The translations under genes were made by a program, and so were the position numbers. This document shows, one piece after another, positions 13,448-23,821 of a stretch of DNA of 32,000 bases. Location: assembly GCF_050920435.1 (NCBI RefSeq), contig NZ_CP169399.1; one strand, given 5' to 3'. Positions within the stretch are counted from its first letter, which is position 1. Each line of letters starts with the position of its first letter. The notes beneath the pieces were generated by a model. It did not search any database. It saw only the letters and a program-made list of their open reading frames with translations, and was not told the origin of the DNA. This DNA is from Escherichia coli. Lineage in GTDB: Bacteria > Pseudomonadota > Gammaproteobacteria > Enterobacterales > Enterobacteriaceae.

Positions 13448-13480
13448 GGAGCGACATTAAACCGCTCGGGGGAGTTACTG

Positions 13481-13498
13481 ATGAGCGATTTTTGATAG
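13481..13498 (+). repeat. 18-bp exact direct repeat, copy 1 (atgagcgatttttgatag)
   Basis: Identical sequence at 15089-15106. Confidence 0.9.
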
Positions 13499-13711
13499 AT
13501 CCGTTCAGATATATAGGGTGAAATTGTGCCAGAGACCATCTCAGGCACAATTTATTAGCCCAGGACGTTAATTTAAGTCGCTGCACCGATAACCAGGGGG
13601 TTGACAGTTAGGGCTAAAAATTTCCAGCGATGGTGTTAAATTCTGATTGCTGTCTATACCAGTGGTCATGACCAGCATTCTATTAATTAATGGTTCATCG
13701 TGAGGTATATT

Positions 13712-15007
13712 ATGGCAAGCCCTATAAACAGCGGAACAATGATGTCAAATCCCTGCCCTTCCACCTTTTTGGATAAAAATAGAATTATTGCTGCTGAGCT
13801 TAATATCACAAATAACGAGAAAAAATATTCACCTGGCAGTAATTTCGCAAAATGGATGTTACAGGAAATAAAACGCTTAATAGTAAATATCATGTCCGGT
13901 TCTCGCAGTGTTAATACCGAAATTCTTAACTATTTTCACCCTATGCCAGGCACTGAAAATAATGGTAATCGTACCTGGATGGCGGCAACTGGAGAGAACG
14001 AATACACCGTAATTGAACAAACAGGTGGCAAATCCTTTAATGTTTTTCAGGTTGGTGCAGGTAAAAATAATATAAAAGAAATATTGGGGAATACATCATA
14101 TTCTGGAGTGGCTGTAGCGACTATTATCAAATCGCTATCTGAAAAAACTGCTGCGTTAGAAACACATTCTGCTGACACGGTTTTGAGGAAAAAATTAGTT
14201 AATAGTATTGTTCTGATGAATGCGGATTGTAATTACGAAATGCCTGCAGAAATTTTGAGTAATACATATGATTTATTAAACCTGCGAATTCAAAAAGATG
14301 AGGGGCATTTACCTGTTCAGGAAAAAATTGATATTGATGATGATTATTTATACTCTATGACTATGGATGCTCATAGATGTATAAAAGAACAAACTAAACC
14401 AAGTGGCGCTGCAAAAATAACTTGCTGTGGTGTTGAGTTAAGTAAAGATATTCTTAAAATATTTGCAAGCAAAATTGAAATAATTGAAAAAGATCTAAGT
14501 TATAGTCAAAAGACACCTGAACAATTGGTTGCACAGGTATGCTTTAATGATGATGATTGTGCTCGGGTAAGAGAATTATTAAAACAATCAAACGGTAATA
14601 TTACGGATGATAAGATTGATGAAATAATCGCTTGCTTAGCCAGTCCTCAGGGGATTACATGTTTTTATTATTCTTCCGCACAAGGCTATCAGACTCGCTT
14701 ACAACATACATCTCAAGATGTTCGCGAGTTACTCTCAAAGAGTTTGGATGGTGCCACTTCATTAACATTGCATTTAAAAAAATCAGGAAATGCTTTTTTT
14801 GGGTCTGGAAAGTATCTTAATGAAATGGATTTTACTATGAATGGGTTTAGTCAGAAGATATATTTGATGGCGGTTAATAAAATTGAAAATGAAGTTAATC
14901 TTCAGTGCGCTCGTTATATTACTACCGGTAGTGTCGACGAGAAAAACTCCACCAGCGATAAAGTCTCTTTTACATTTTCTGGTGCCGCAACAACTGCTGA
15001 TTTATGA
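13712..15007 (+). CDS. Uncharacterised AT-rich protein (431 aa), paralog of the next ORF; possible secreted/effector-like protein
   Basis: ORF 13700..15007. The start MASPINSGTMMSN is preceded by a gagg Shine-Dalgarno sequence. It shares TW[MI]A.TG...Y..IEQTG...F and CCGV motifs with 15284..16723. Confidence 0.8.
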   Translation: MASPINSGTMMSNPCPSTFLDKNRIIAAELNITNNEKKYSPGSNFAKWMLQEIKRLIVNIMSGSRSVNTEILNYFHPMPGTENNGNRTWMAATGENEYTVIEQTGGKSFNVFQVGAGKNNIKEILGNTSYSGVAVATIIKSLSEKTAALETHSADTVLRKKLVNSIVLMNADCNYEMPAEILSNTYDLLNLRIQKDEGHLPVQEKIDIDDDYLYSMTMDAHRCIKEQTKPSGAAKITCCGVELSKDILKIFASKIEIIEKDLSYSQKTPEQLVAQVCFNDDDCARVRELLKQSNGNITDDKIDEIIACLASPQGITCFYYSSAQGYQTRLQHTSQDVRELLSKSLDGATSLTLHLKKSGNAFFGSGKYLNEMDFTMNGFSQKIYLMAVNKIENEVNLQCARYITTGSVDEKNSTSDKVSFTFSGAATTADL

Positions 15008-15088
15008 TTTTTTCTTGATAAAGCGCGTTTATCATTAAGATGAACGCGTATTGTTAACCGTCTGTGTGTAAACAGTCTTTTTGAAAAA

Positions 15089-15106
15089 ATGAGCGATTTT
15101 TGATAG
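15089..15106 (+). repeat. 18-bp exact direct repeat, copy 2 (atgagcgatttttgatag)
   Basis: Identical to 13481-13498. Confidence 0.9.
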
Positions 15107-15283
15107 TGAATAAGTAGTGTTAGTGATGCAATTGCATTGGGGAAATCGATAATAATTAATGGCACTATAGTCTTATTATTGAAATAAATGAAATATAGCG
15201 GTTAGTATTGACATATTTATCATGCTAACCATTGATACTTCTAAAATGTCAAAATATGCAAAGTGTCATATTGCGAGGTTACT

Positions 15284-16723
15284 ATGGTTAGTGTGACGAG
15301 TTATACATATCCAACGGAAACAGAGAATGATAATAGCCAGTTTCAGAGTCAAACTCAGAGTCAGGGCCTGAGCCAGAGTCTAAGAGATAGTATCGAGGGT
15401 AATATTGCTGCATTTGATGCGATGGAGCAAAGCGGCCTGCTCGATAATTGTAGAACATTATCTAAAGATGCCACTTTTCGTGAAGTTTTCCGAAATATAT
15501 TATTATACATTTTAGATTCTTTTCATATCTATCGGCATGATATCAGTGGTAAATTGGTTTCTTATTTTCATGTTACGCCTGAATCAGCGAATGCGAATTA
15601 TAAGACATGGATCGCTACCACAGGCATGGATAGCTATATAAAAATTGAGCAGACCGGCAGTGATAAGTTTAAAGTCACTGATGTGTATCGTGAGTCAAAA
15701 GGCAACAGTTTGAAAAAACAGAGTAGAGACAGAGATTTTAGTGGTCGAAATGTGAAAGAGTTTATAGGGTTATTATCAGAGCACGATGTATTGGAAAAGT
15801 ATCAACTCTCAAAAGTAACAGTTGCTGCAAATGCTCTTAAGCTAGAAGTTGTTAATAATAATTCTGAAAATAAACGCAGTTTTGGAGTTACTGATGCTGA
15901 GCGCCAATTAAAAAAAGCGTTAAATGAACAAACTCAATTAACTCCAGATAAATTAATTCCAGATGATTGTAGTTATAAATCAGACATAAAAAAACTAGAT
16001 GTTCGGGAGGGAGAGTTTAGTTCACTTCTTGCTGATGCATCAAGACACGTTGAAGAGGGCAGCTCAATTATTTCATGTTGTGGAGTTAAAATAAATAGCA
16101 CAATCCATGAATTTCTGAGGGATAAAACCATGGCTTTGTCTGGTCATGGAGGTGTTAGAAAATATAAAGATTTCGAAAAACTTTTTAGTAAAATTGTATT
16201 TACGTCAGATGAATGTAATATTGTGAGAAACTCTCTACAGAACGATGGTGTTGAGAAAAAAACCAGAGAAGATATTATTTCTTGCCTCTCCAGTATTTCA
16301 GGAATAGGTAACCTGTATTATGCTTGTTCACAGGCATTTCCTGTCGCGCTTGATAGGGGGGATATTAATGCAATACAGGCAAACGATTCTGTTTCTGCCG
16401 GGCTTGATAATAACCCAGGGTTTTGTGCTTTGCTGGGAAAAACAAATTTGCTTGTTGCTGATTTTTCACAGCATACATTCACACAAACTCATTATATTGT
16501 AAAGGCCGAAATAAATGAAGTTGGTAACGATTTTAATATAGCTAATTTCATTTATCGAACATACGGTGAGGATTATATTCATAACGACTCAGTGGATGAT
16601 TCTCTTAATGAGCGTTCCGCTGAAGATTATAGGTTTCTGGATGACTCTTTGTTACCTGAAAACGATTTCCGCAACAGGAGGAGAAATTTTTCAGGCAATA
16701 TTGCAATTGCAACCTACAAATAA
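15284..16723 (+). CDS. Uncharacterised AT-rich protein (479 aa), diverged paralog of 13712..15007; possible secreted/effector-like protein
   Basis: ORF 15263..16723. The start MVSVTSYTYPTE is preceded by gcgagg. N-terminal Q/S-rich stretch (SQFQSQTQSQGLSQSL) and shared TWIATTG...IEQTG and CCGV motifs. Confidence 0.8.
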   Translation: MVSVTSYTYPTETENDNSQFQSQTQSQGLSQSLRDSIEGNIAAFDAMEQSGLLDNCRTLSKDATFREVFRNILLYILDSFHIYRHDISGKLVSYFHVTPESANANYKTWIATTGMDSYIKIEQTGSDKFKVTDVYRESKGNSLKKQSRDRDFSGRNVKEFIGLLSEHDVLEKYQLSKVTVAANALKLEVVNNNSENKRSFGVTDAERQLKKALNEQTQLTPDKLIPDDCSYKSDIKKLDVREGEFSSLLADASRHVEEGSSIISCCGVKINSTIHEFLRDKTMALSGHGGVRKYKDFEKLFSKIVFTSDECNIVRNSLQNDGVEKKTREDIISCLSSISGIGNLYYACSQAFPVALDRGDINAIQANDSVSAGLDNNPGFCALLGKTNLLVADFSQHTFTQTHYIVKAEINEVGNDFNIANFIYRTYGEDYIHNDSVDDSLNERSAEDYRFLDDSLLPENDFRNRRRNFSGNIAIATYK

Positions 16724-16749
16724 TTCGCTTTTTCTCAATAACACGCACC

Positions 16750-16776
16750 AAACGCTTACCTTTCAGGTAAGCGTTT
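16750..16776 (+). terminator. Putative terminator after the second accessory ORF / upstream of uhpA
   Basis: aaacgcttacc-tttca-ggtaagcgtttt: 11-bp perfect stem, short T tract. Confidence 0.55.
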
Positions 16777-16884
16777 TGACGATAAGCCCAACATCATTAA
16801 GCCAATACATACCCCATATCCAACTTGAACAACATCGCGCTTATCGTTAAGGTATGCGCGTTTTTTATCCGCCAGGACCCAATC

Positions 16885-17475
16885 ATGATCACCATTGCCC
16901 TTATAGACGATCACCTTATCGTCCGCTCCGGCTTTGCGCAGCTGCTGGGGCTGGAACCTGATTTGCAGGTAGTTGCCGAGTTTGGTTCGGGGCGCGAGGC
17001 ACTGGCGGGGCTGCCGGGGCGCGGTGTGCATGTGTGTATTTGCGATATCTCCATGCCCGATATCTCCGGTCTGGAGCTGCTAAGCCAGCTGCCGAAAGGT
17101 ATGGCGACAATTATGCTCTCCGTTCACGACAGTCCGGCACTGGTTGAGCAGGCACTTAACGCGGGGGCGCGCGGCTTTCTCTCCAAACGCTGTAGCCCGG
17201 ATGAACTGATTGCTGCGGTGCATACGGTTGCTACGGGGGGATGTTATTTGACACCGGATATTGCCATTAAACTGGCATCCGGTCGCCAGGACCCGCTGAC
17301 CAAACGTGAACGCCAGGTGGCGGAAAAACTGGCGCAAGGAATGGCGGTGAAAGAGATTGCCGCCGAACTGGGCTTGTCGCCGAAAACGGTACACGTCCAT
17401 CGCGCCAACCTGATGGAAAAACTGGGCGTCAGTAACGACGTAGAACTGGCGCGCCGCATGTTTGATGGCTGGTGA
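16885..17475 (+). CDS. uhpA: Response regulator UhpA
   Basis: The start [16 protein letters not shown] gives 196 aa. Receiver domain plus LuxR HTH ([44 protein letters not shown]). Confidence 0.96.
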   Translation: MITIALIDDHLIVRSGFAQLLGLEPDLQVVAEFGSGREALAGLPGRGVHVCICDISMPDISGLELLSQLPKGMATIMLSVHDSPALVEQALNAGARGFLSKRCSPDELIAAVHTVATGGCYLTPDIAIKLASGRQDPLTKRERQVAEKLAQGMAVKEIAAELGLSPKTVHVHRANLMEKLGVSNDVELARRMFDGW

Positions 17476-18977
17476 TGAAGACGTTGTTCTCCCGCTTAAT
17501 TACCGTTATTGCCTGCTTTTTTATCTTCTCTGCCGCATGGTTTTGCCTGTGGAGTATCAGCCTGCACCTGGTTGAGCGCCCTGATATGGCGGTGCTGTTA
17601 TTTCCGTTTGGTCTGCGTCTGGGGCTAATGCTGCAATGCCCGCGCGGATACTGGCCAGTGCTGCTGGGCGCGGAATGGCTGCTGATTTATTGGTTAATGC
17701 AGGCGGTTGGTTTAAGCCATTTCTCCTTATTGATGATCGGTAGTTTGCTGACGTTACTGCCCGTGGCGCTGATCTCACGCTATCGCCATCAACGCGACTG
17801 GCGCACTCTGCTGTTACAGGGTGCGGCGCTGACGGCGGCGGCGTTGTTGCAGTCGCTGCCCTGGCTTTGGTACGGCAAAGAGTCGTGGAATGCGCTGCTG
17901 TTAACTTTAACTGGCGGCCTGACGCTGGCCCCGATATGTCTGGTGTTCTGGCACTATCTCGCCAATAACACCTGGCTGCCGCTCGGTCCGTCATTGGTTT
18001 CTCAACCGATCAACTGGCGCGGGCGGCATCTGGTCTGGTACTTGCTGCTGTTTGTTATCAGTCTCTGGCTCCAGTTGGGATTGCCGGATGAACTGTCGCG
18101 CTTCACTCCCTTCTGCCTGGCGCTGCCGATTATCGCGCTGGCATGGCACTATGGCTGGCAAGGGGCGCTGATAGCGACGTTGATGAACGCCATCGCGCTG
18201 ATCGCCAGTCAAACCTGGCGTGACCATCCGGTTGATTTATTGCTCTCCCTGCTGGTGCAAAGTCTGACTGGGTTGTTGCTTGGCGCTGGCATCCAGCGGT
18301 TGCGTGAACTTAACCAGTCGCTGCAAAAGGAACTGGCGCGCAATCAGCATCTGGCTGAACGTTTGTTAGAAACCGAAGAGAGTGTGCGTCGTGATGTGGC
18401 GCGTGAATTACACGATGATATCGGTCAGACCATCACCGCCATTCGTACGCAAGCGGGCATTGTCCAGCGGCTCGCAGCGGATAACGCCCGCGTGAAACAG
18501 AGCGGGCAGCTCATCGAACAGTTATCCCTGGGCGTTTACGACGCGGTGCGCCGCTTGTTAGGGCGGTTACGTCCGCGCCAGCTGGATGATCTCACTCTGG
18601 AGCAGGCCATCCGCTCACTGATGCGGGAAATGGAGCTGGAAGGGCGCGGTATTGTCAGCCATCTCGAATGGCGAATCGATGAATCAGCGTTAAGCGAAAA
18701 CCAGCGCGTGACGCTGTTTCGCGTCTGCCAGGAAGGGTTGAACAACATTGTGAAACATGCCGATGCCAGTGCGGTTACGTTGCAAGGCTGGCAGCAGGAC
18801 GAACGGTTGATGCTGGTGATTGAAGACGATGGTAGCGGTTTACCGCCGGGTTCCGGGCAACACGGTTTTGGCCTCACCGGAATGCGCGAGCGAGTAACGG
18901 CGCTGGGTGGCACCTTGACCATCTCCTGTTTGCACGGCACGCGTGTCAGTGTTTCTCTACCTCAACGTTATGTCTAA
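17475..18977 (+). CDS. uhpB: Sensor histidine kinase UhpB
   Basis: MASE1-like TM region, [22 protein letters not shown] and an HATPase region. The ATG overlaps the uhpA stop. Confidence 0.96.
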   Translation: MKTLFSRLITVIACFFIFSAAWFCLWSISLHLVERPDMAVLLFPFGLRLGLMLQCPRGYWPVLLGAEWLLIYWLMQAVGLSHFSLLMIGSLLTLLPVALISRYRHQRDWRTLLLQGAALTAAALLQSLPWLWYGKESWNALLLTLTGGLTLAPICLVFWHYLANNTWLPLGPSLVSQPINWRGRHLVWYLLLFVISLWLQLGLPDELSRFTPFCLALPIIALAWHYGWQGALIATLMNAIALIASQTWRDHPVDLLLSLLVQSLTGLLLGAGIQRLRELNQSLQKELARNQHLAERLLETEESVRRDVARELHDDIGQTITAIRTQAGIVQRLAADNARVKQSGQLIEQLSLGVYDAVRRLLGRLRPRQLDDLTLEQAIRSLMREMELEGRGIVSHLEWRIDESALSENQRVTLFRVCQEGLNNIVKHADASAVTLQGWQQDERLMLVIEDDGSGLPPGSGQHGFGLTGMRERVTALGGTLTISCLHGTRVSVSLPQRYV

Positions 18978-18986
18978 GGCTTGATG

Positions 18987-20306
18987 ATGTTGCCGTTTCT
19001 GAAAGCGCCAGCTGACGCGCCGTTGATTAGCGATAAACAAGAAATTGATGCCCGTTACCGTTACTGGCGTCGCCATATTCTGCTGACCATCTGGCTGGGT
19101 TACGCGCTGTTTTACTTCACGCGGAAAAGTTTTAACGCCGCCGTACCAGAAATCCTTGCTAATGGCGTGCTCAGCCGTAGCGATATCGGCCTGTTAGCGA
19201 CCCTGTTTTACATTACCTACGGCGTGTCGAAGTTTGTCTCCGGCATTGTCAGCGACCGCTCAAATGCCCGTTATTTTATGGGGATAGGGCTTATCGCCAC
19301 GGGCATCATCAACATTCTGTTTGGCTTCTCGACGTCGCTATGGGCGTTTGCCGTGCTCTGGGTGTTGAACGCCTTTTTCCAGGGCTGGGGTTCACCGGTG
19401 TGTGCGCGTCTGTTAACGGCCTGGTATTCTCGTACCGAGCGCGGGGGTTGGTGGGCATTATGGAACACGGCGCATAACGTTGGCGGTGCGCTCATTCCCA
19501 TTGTGATGGCAGCAGCTGCGCTGCATTACGGCTGGCGTGCCGGGATGATGATTGCCGGTTGTATGGCGATAGTCGTGGGGATTATTCTCTGCTGGCGGCT
19601 GCGCGATCGCCCGCAGGCGTTAGGTTTACCAGCGGTCGGCGAATGGCGACACGACGCGCTGGAGATTGCTCAACAACAAGAAGGGGCAGGGCTGACACGT
19701 AAAGAGATCCTCACCAAATATGTGTTGCTGAATCCGTATATCTGGCTGCTTTCGTTTTGCTATGTGCTGGTCTATGTGGTCCGGGCGGCGATCAACGACT
19801 GGGGCAATTTGTATATGTCCGAGACGCTGGGCGTCGATCTGGTCACGGCGAATACGGCAGTGACAATGTTTGAACTGGGCGGATTTATCGGTGCGCTGGT
19901 AGCGGGTTGGGGCTCGGACAAACTCTTTAACGGCAACCGCGGGCCGATGAATTTAATTTTCGCCGCCGGGATTTTGCTGTCCGTCGGCTCGCTGTGGCTG
20001 ATGCCATTTGCCAGCTACGTGATGCAGGCAAGCTGCTTCTTCACCATTGGTTTTTTTGTCTTTGGCCCGCAGATGTTAATCGGCATGGCGGCAGCAGAGT
20101 GTTCCCACAAGGAGGCGGCAGGGGCGGCAACGGGGTTTGTCGGCTTGTTTGCTTATCTGGGGGCGTCGCTTGCTGGTTGGCCGCTGGCGAAAGTACTCGA
20201 TACCTGGCACTGGAGCGGTTTTTTTGTGGTTATCGCCATTGCCGCCGGGATTTCCGCACTGCTGTTACTGCCCTTTTTGAATGCCCAGACACCGCGCGAA
20301 GCGTGA
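18987..20306 (+). CDS. uhpC: Hexose-phosphate sensor/regulatory MFS protein UhpC
   Basis: MLPFLKAPADAPL..., 439 aa organophosphate:Pi antiporter family member. Confidence 0.95.
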   Translation: MLPFLKAPADAPLISDKQEIDARYRYWRRHILLTIWLGYALFYFTRKSFNAAVPEILANGVLSRSDIGLLATLFYITYGVSKFVSGIVSDRSNARYFMGIGLIATGIINILFGFSTSLWAFAVLWVLNAFFQGWGSPVCARLLTAWYSRTERGGWWALWNTAHNVGGALIPIVMAAAALHYGWRAGMMIAGCMAIVVGIILCWRLRDRPQALGLPAVGEWRHDALEIAQQQEGAGLTRKEILTKYVLLNPYIWLLSFCYVLVYVVRAAINDWGNLYMSETLGVDLVTANTAVTMFELGGFIGALVAGWGSDKLFNGNRGPMNLIFAAGILLSVGSLWLMPFASYVMQASCFFTIGFFVFGPQMLIGMAAAECSHKEAAGAATGFVGLFAYLGASLAGWPLAKVLDTWHWSGFFVVIAIAAGISALLLLPFLNAQTPREA

Positions 20307-20352
20307 TGCATCTCACTTTTTCACTTCATATCCGGCAAAACTAAGAAATTTT

Positions 20353-20367
20353 CCAGGTTTTGCCTGG
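20353..20367. promoter_or_regulatory. Candidate UhpA-binding inverted repeat upstream of uhpT
   Basis: ccaggttttgcctgg in the uhpC-uhpT intergenic region, with a tacaat -10-like element at about 20400. Confidence 0.45.
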
Positions 20368-20443
20368 ACGCTATCTCAGGCCTGATTTGCTGCTGATTTT
20401 TACAATGCATACCTCACGCAGGTATTCATTTCAGGAGTAACCC

Positions 20444-21835
20444 ATGCTGGCTTTCTTAAACCAGGTTCGCAAGCCGACCCTGGATCTTCCGCTCGAAGTG
20501 CGGCGCAAAATGTGGTTCAAACCGTTCATGCAATCCTACCTGGTGGTCTTTATCGGCTACCTGACGATGTACCTGATTCGCAAGAACTTTAACATCGCGC
20601 AGAACGACATGATCTCGACCTACGGCTTGAGCATGACGCAGCTGGGGATGATCGGCCTGGGCTTCTCCATCACTTATGGTGTGGGTAAAACACTGGTTTC
20701 CTATTACGCCGACGGCAAAAACACCAAACAATTCCTGCCGTTCATGCTGATCTTGTCTGCCATTTGTATGTTGGGCTTCAGTGCCAGTATGGGCAGCGGC
20801 TCGGTTAGTCTGTTCCTGATGATTGCCTTCTACGCCTTAAGCGGCTTTTTCCAGAGTACCGGGGGATCGTGCAGTTACTCCACCATCACCAAATGGACGC
20901 CGCGTCGTAAGCGCGGGACGTTCCTCGGTTTCTGGAATATTTCTCACAATCTTGGCGGTGCGGGCGCGGCAGGTGTGGCGCTGTTCGGCGCAAATTACCT
21001 GTTTGACGGCCATGTAATCGGCATGTTTATTTTCCCGTCCATCATCGCGTTGATTGTCGGTTTTATCGGCCTTCGTTACGGCAGCGACTCCCCGGAATCT
21101 TATGGCCTCGGCAAAGCTGAAGAACTGTTCGGCGAAGAGATCAGCGAAGAGGACAAAGAGACAGAATCTACCGATATGACCAAGTGGCAGATCTTTGTTG
21201 AGTATGTGCTGAAAAACAAAGTGATCTGGCTGCTGTGCTTCGCCAACATTTTCCTCTATGTGGTGCGTATTGGTATCGACCAGTGGTCAACCGTGTATGC
21301 GTTCCAGGAACTGAAACTCTCTAAAGCGGTGGCGATTCAGGGCTTTACGCTGTTTGAAGCTGGTGCGCTGGTGGGTACGCTGTTGTGGGGCTGGCTCTCT
21401 GACCTGGCGAACGGTCGCCGTGGCCTGGTGGCCTGCATCGCGCTGGCGCTGATTATCGCCACGCTCGGTGTGTATCAACATGCCAGCAACGAATATATCT
21501 ACCTGGCTTCTCTCTTTGCGTTGGGTTTCCTGGTCTTTGGCCCGCAATTGTTGATTGGTGTGGCTGCTGTTGGCTTTGTACCTAAAAAAGCCATTGGCGC
21601 TGCCGATGGTATTAAAGGCACCTTCGCTTACCTGATTGGCGACAGCTTTGCCAAGTTAGGTCTGGGGATGATTGCCGATGGTACGCCGGTATTCGGCCTT
21701 ACCGGCTGGGCAGGCACCTTTGCTGCACTGGATATCGCCGCGATTGGTTGTATCTGCCTGATGGCGATAGTGGCGGTGATGGAAGAACGCAAAATCCGCC
21801 GCGAGAAAAAGATTCAGCAGTTGACAGTGGCATAA
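20444..21835 (+). CDS. uhpT: Hexose-phosphate:phosphate antiporter UhpT
   Basis: 463 aa MFS protein ([55 protein letters not shown]). Confidence 0.97.
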
Positions 21836-21853
21836 ACGTAACTGGTGACTTTT

Positions 21854-21879
21854 GCCCGGCATGACGCCGGGCTTTTTTT
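21854..21879 (+). terminator. Rho-independent terminator of uhpT
   Basis: gcccggc-atgac-gccgggc followed by seven T. Confidence 0.9.
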
Positions 21880-21880
21880 A

Positions 21881-23647
21881 TTATTCCGTGACTTCCAGCG
21901 TGGTGAAGGCAAACTTTTCACCATCAAACAGCCCCTGGCTGGTCAGTTTCAGTGCGGGGATAACTGGCAGGGAAAGAAACGCCATCTGAATAAACGGCTC
22001 ATCCGGTAACGGACCACATTCACGGGCGGCAGCTTTCAATGCGTCAATTTGCTCCGCCAGCGACTGCGCCGTGTCGGTGCTCATCAGCCCGGCAATGGGC
22101 AATGGCAGATGGCTCTGTACCTGACCGTTACGTACTACGCATAGTCCGCCGCCATCCTGAATCACCTGATTGACCGCCAGCGCCATCTCTTCAGCACTAC
22201 GACCGATCACCACAATATTATGGCTGTCATGGCTGACTGTCGCAGCCAGCGCGCCTTCATTCAGGCCAAAGCCGCCGAGCAAACCACAAGCCGGAGCCAG
22301 CCGTTGCCCGTAACGCTCAAGTACGGCAATAAAGCACACATCATCGCGATCAAAACCATTTTCGCTGTAGATGCTGGAGCGGGAGTGCGTAATCAATTCG
22401 TTATGGATGACGTCAATGACCCGATAGCGTTTTCCGGGTGTGAATTGCAGGGCAAAGTCGCTGGCAGAAACTGGCTGGCGGGCAATGGTATTGCCATACG
22501 GCGGAGCGGATTGTGCCAGTCTTGCCGACTCTTCCGCCTGTAAGGTTTGCGCGTCAATCGGTTCGCCTTTCACCAGTACCTGCTGCACCGTGACCTTACG
22601 TGCATCGCTCAACAGGACGATATCGGCCTGCTTGCCGGGTGCCAGTAAGCCGAGGTGATTCAGACCAAAATGGCGTGCCGTTGACCAGCTGGCGACGCGA
22701 TAAGCCACATGCAGCGGTACATTGTGTTGTTCGATCAGGCGGCGAATTAAGGCATCGATATGCCCTTCATGGGCGATCTCCCACGGGTTACGGTCATCGG
22801 TGCAGAGCATACATTGCGGGCTGTTAAATTCGTTGAGCAACGGTGCCAGTGCGTTGAGATTGCGGGCAGCGGACCCTTCGCGGATCATCAACGACATGCC
22901 GAGTTGTAACTTCCGGCGACCTTCTTCCAGCAGATAACTTTCGTGGCAGTTTTCAATACCCGCAGCAATATAGGCATTAAGTTCTTTACCGCCCAAACCC
23001 GGGCAGTGACCGTCCAGCGTCAGGTGGCGAAATGCGTCCAGTTTATCGAGCAGCGCATTCTGTCCGCTAATTACGCCAGGGTAATCCATCATTTCAGCAA
23101 GGCCGGTAACCTGCGGATGGTCACGCCAGGCGAGCATCTGTTCAAGTGTAAAACTGGCACCGTTAACATCGCAGCCTTCCAGGGCAGGTACGCAAGAACT
23201 GACCTGCAAATACTGGTTTTGCCTTGCCTGTTCGGCACAGCGGGCAAACCAGGCGAATCCGGCTTCGCCCATCACGTTGACGATTTCATGGGGGTCGCAA
23301 ATAACGGTCGTCAGGCCGCGCGGCAGGGTGGCGGTTTCAAAAGTAACCGGCGTCATCATGCTGGATTCAATATGCAGGTGAGCATCAATAAACCCTGGCA
23401 CCGCCGTTGCGCCGCGTGCATCAATCCGCTGCAAAGCCGGAGCGTCAGCATATTCTGCGCCAACACCGGCAATGTAACGTCCTTTAATCACAATTGGCCC
23501 GGAAATTTCTCCGCCATTGATCAGATCGAGAATAGAGACATTATCAATAATATAATCGGCAACAGCGTCGCCACGGGAAACGGCTAACAATTCCTGGTAT
23601 TCAACCCGGCTAATGTGATGAAATTTATGGTTAATGGAATTATTCAT
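21881..23647 (-). CDS. ade: Adenine deaminase
   Basis: 588 aa amidohydrolase ([56 protein letters not shown]). Confidence 0.96.
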   Translation of the reverse strand: MNNSINHKFHHISRVEYQELLAVSRGDAVADYIIDNVSILDLINGGEISGPIVIKGRYIAGVGAEYADAPALQRIDARGATAVPGFIDAHLHIESSMMTPVTFETATLPRGLTTVICDPHEIVNVMGEAGFAWFARCAEQARQNQYLQVSSCVPALEGCDVNGASFTLEQMLAWRDHPQVTGLAEMMDYPGVISGQNALLDKLDAFRHLTLDGHCPGLGGKELNAYIAAGIENCHESYLLEEGRRKLQLGMSLMIREGSAARNLNALAPLLNEFNSPQCMLCTDDRNPWEIAHEGHIDALIRRLIEQHNVPLHVAYRVASWSTARHFGLNHLGLLAPGKQADIVLLSDARKVTVQQVLVKGEPIDAQTLQAEESARLAQSAPPYGNTIARQPVSASDFALQFTPGKRYRVIDVIHNELITHSRSSIYSENGFDRDDVCFIAVLERYGQRLAPACGLLGGFGLNEGALAATVSHDSHNIVVIGRSAEEMALAVNQVIQDGGGLCVVRNGQVQSHLPLPIAGLMSTDTAQSLAEQIDALKAAARECGPLPDEPFIQMAFLSLPVIPALKLTSQGLFDGEKFAFTTLEVTE

Positions 23648-23821
23648 ATTTTTCTCATTTTGATTTTATCAATTTGATTATTATTTATCATAAAGAAACG
23701 TCGCAAGATTATTAAAGAATATCCATTAATGTGCAATTGAAATGTGATAATTATCACTGAACCGTTGTTGTCATTTGTTTTACAAAAGCAAGGGATTAAA
23801 TCTCCTCCAATGGACAAAAAA

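Noticed and set aside
13687-13893. 68-aa minus-strand ORF over the start of the first accessory paralog
   Set aside because: AT-rich hydrophobic product that arises opposite the N-terminal coding region. No SD or promoter support was noted.
13448-16884. A mobile element carrying the accessory pair
   Set aside because: I saw no integrase/transposase ORF, tRNA gene or clear terminal inverted repeats. Only the 18-bp direct repeat hints at the mechanism, so I report it as a repeat, not a mobile element.
17557-18940. Antisense ORFs inside uhpB (for example 134, 145 and 78 aa)
   Set aside because: High-GC coding regions often give long antisense ORFs. uhpB is strongly supported on the + strand.
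22943-23587. 214-aa + strand ORF inside ade
   Set aside because: It is antisense to the clearly recognisable adenine deaminase and lacks its own domain pattern.
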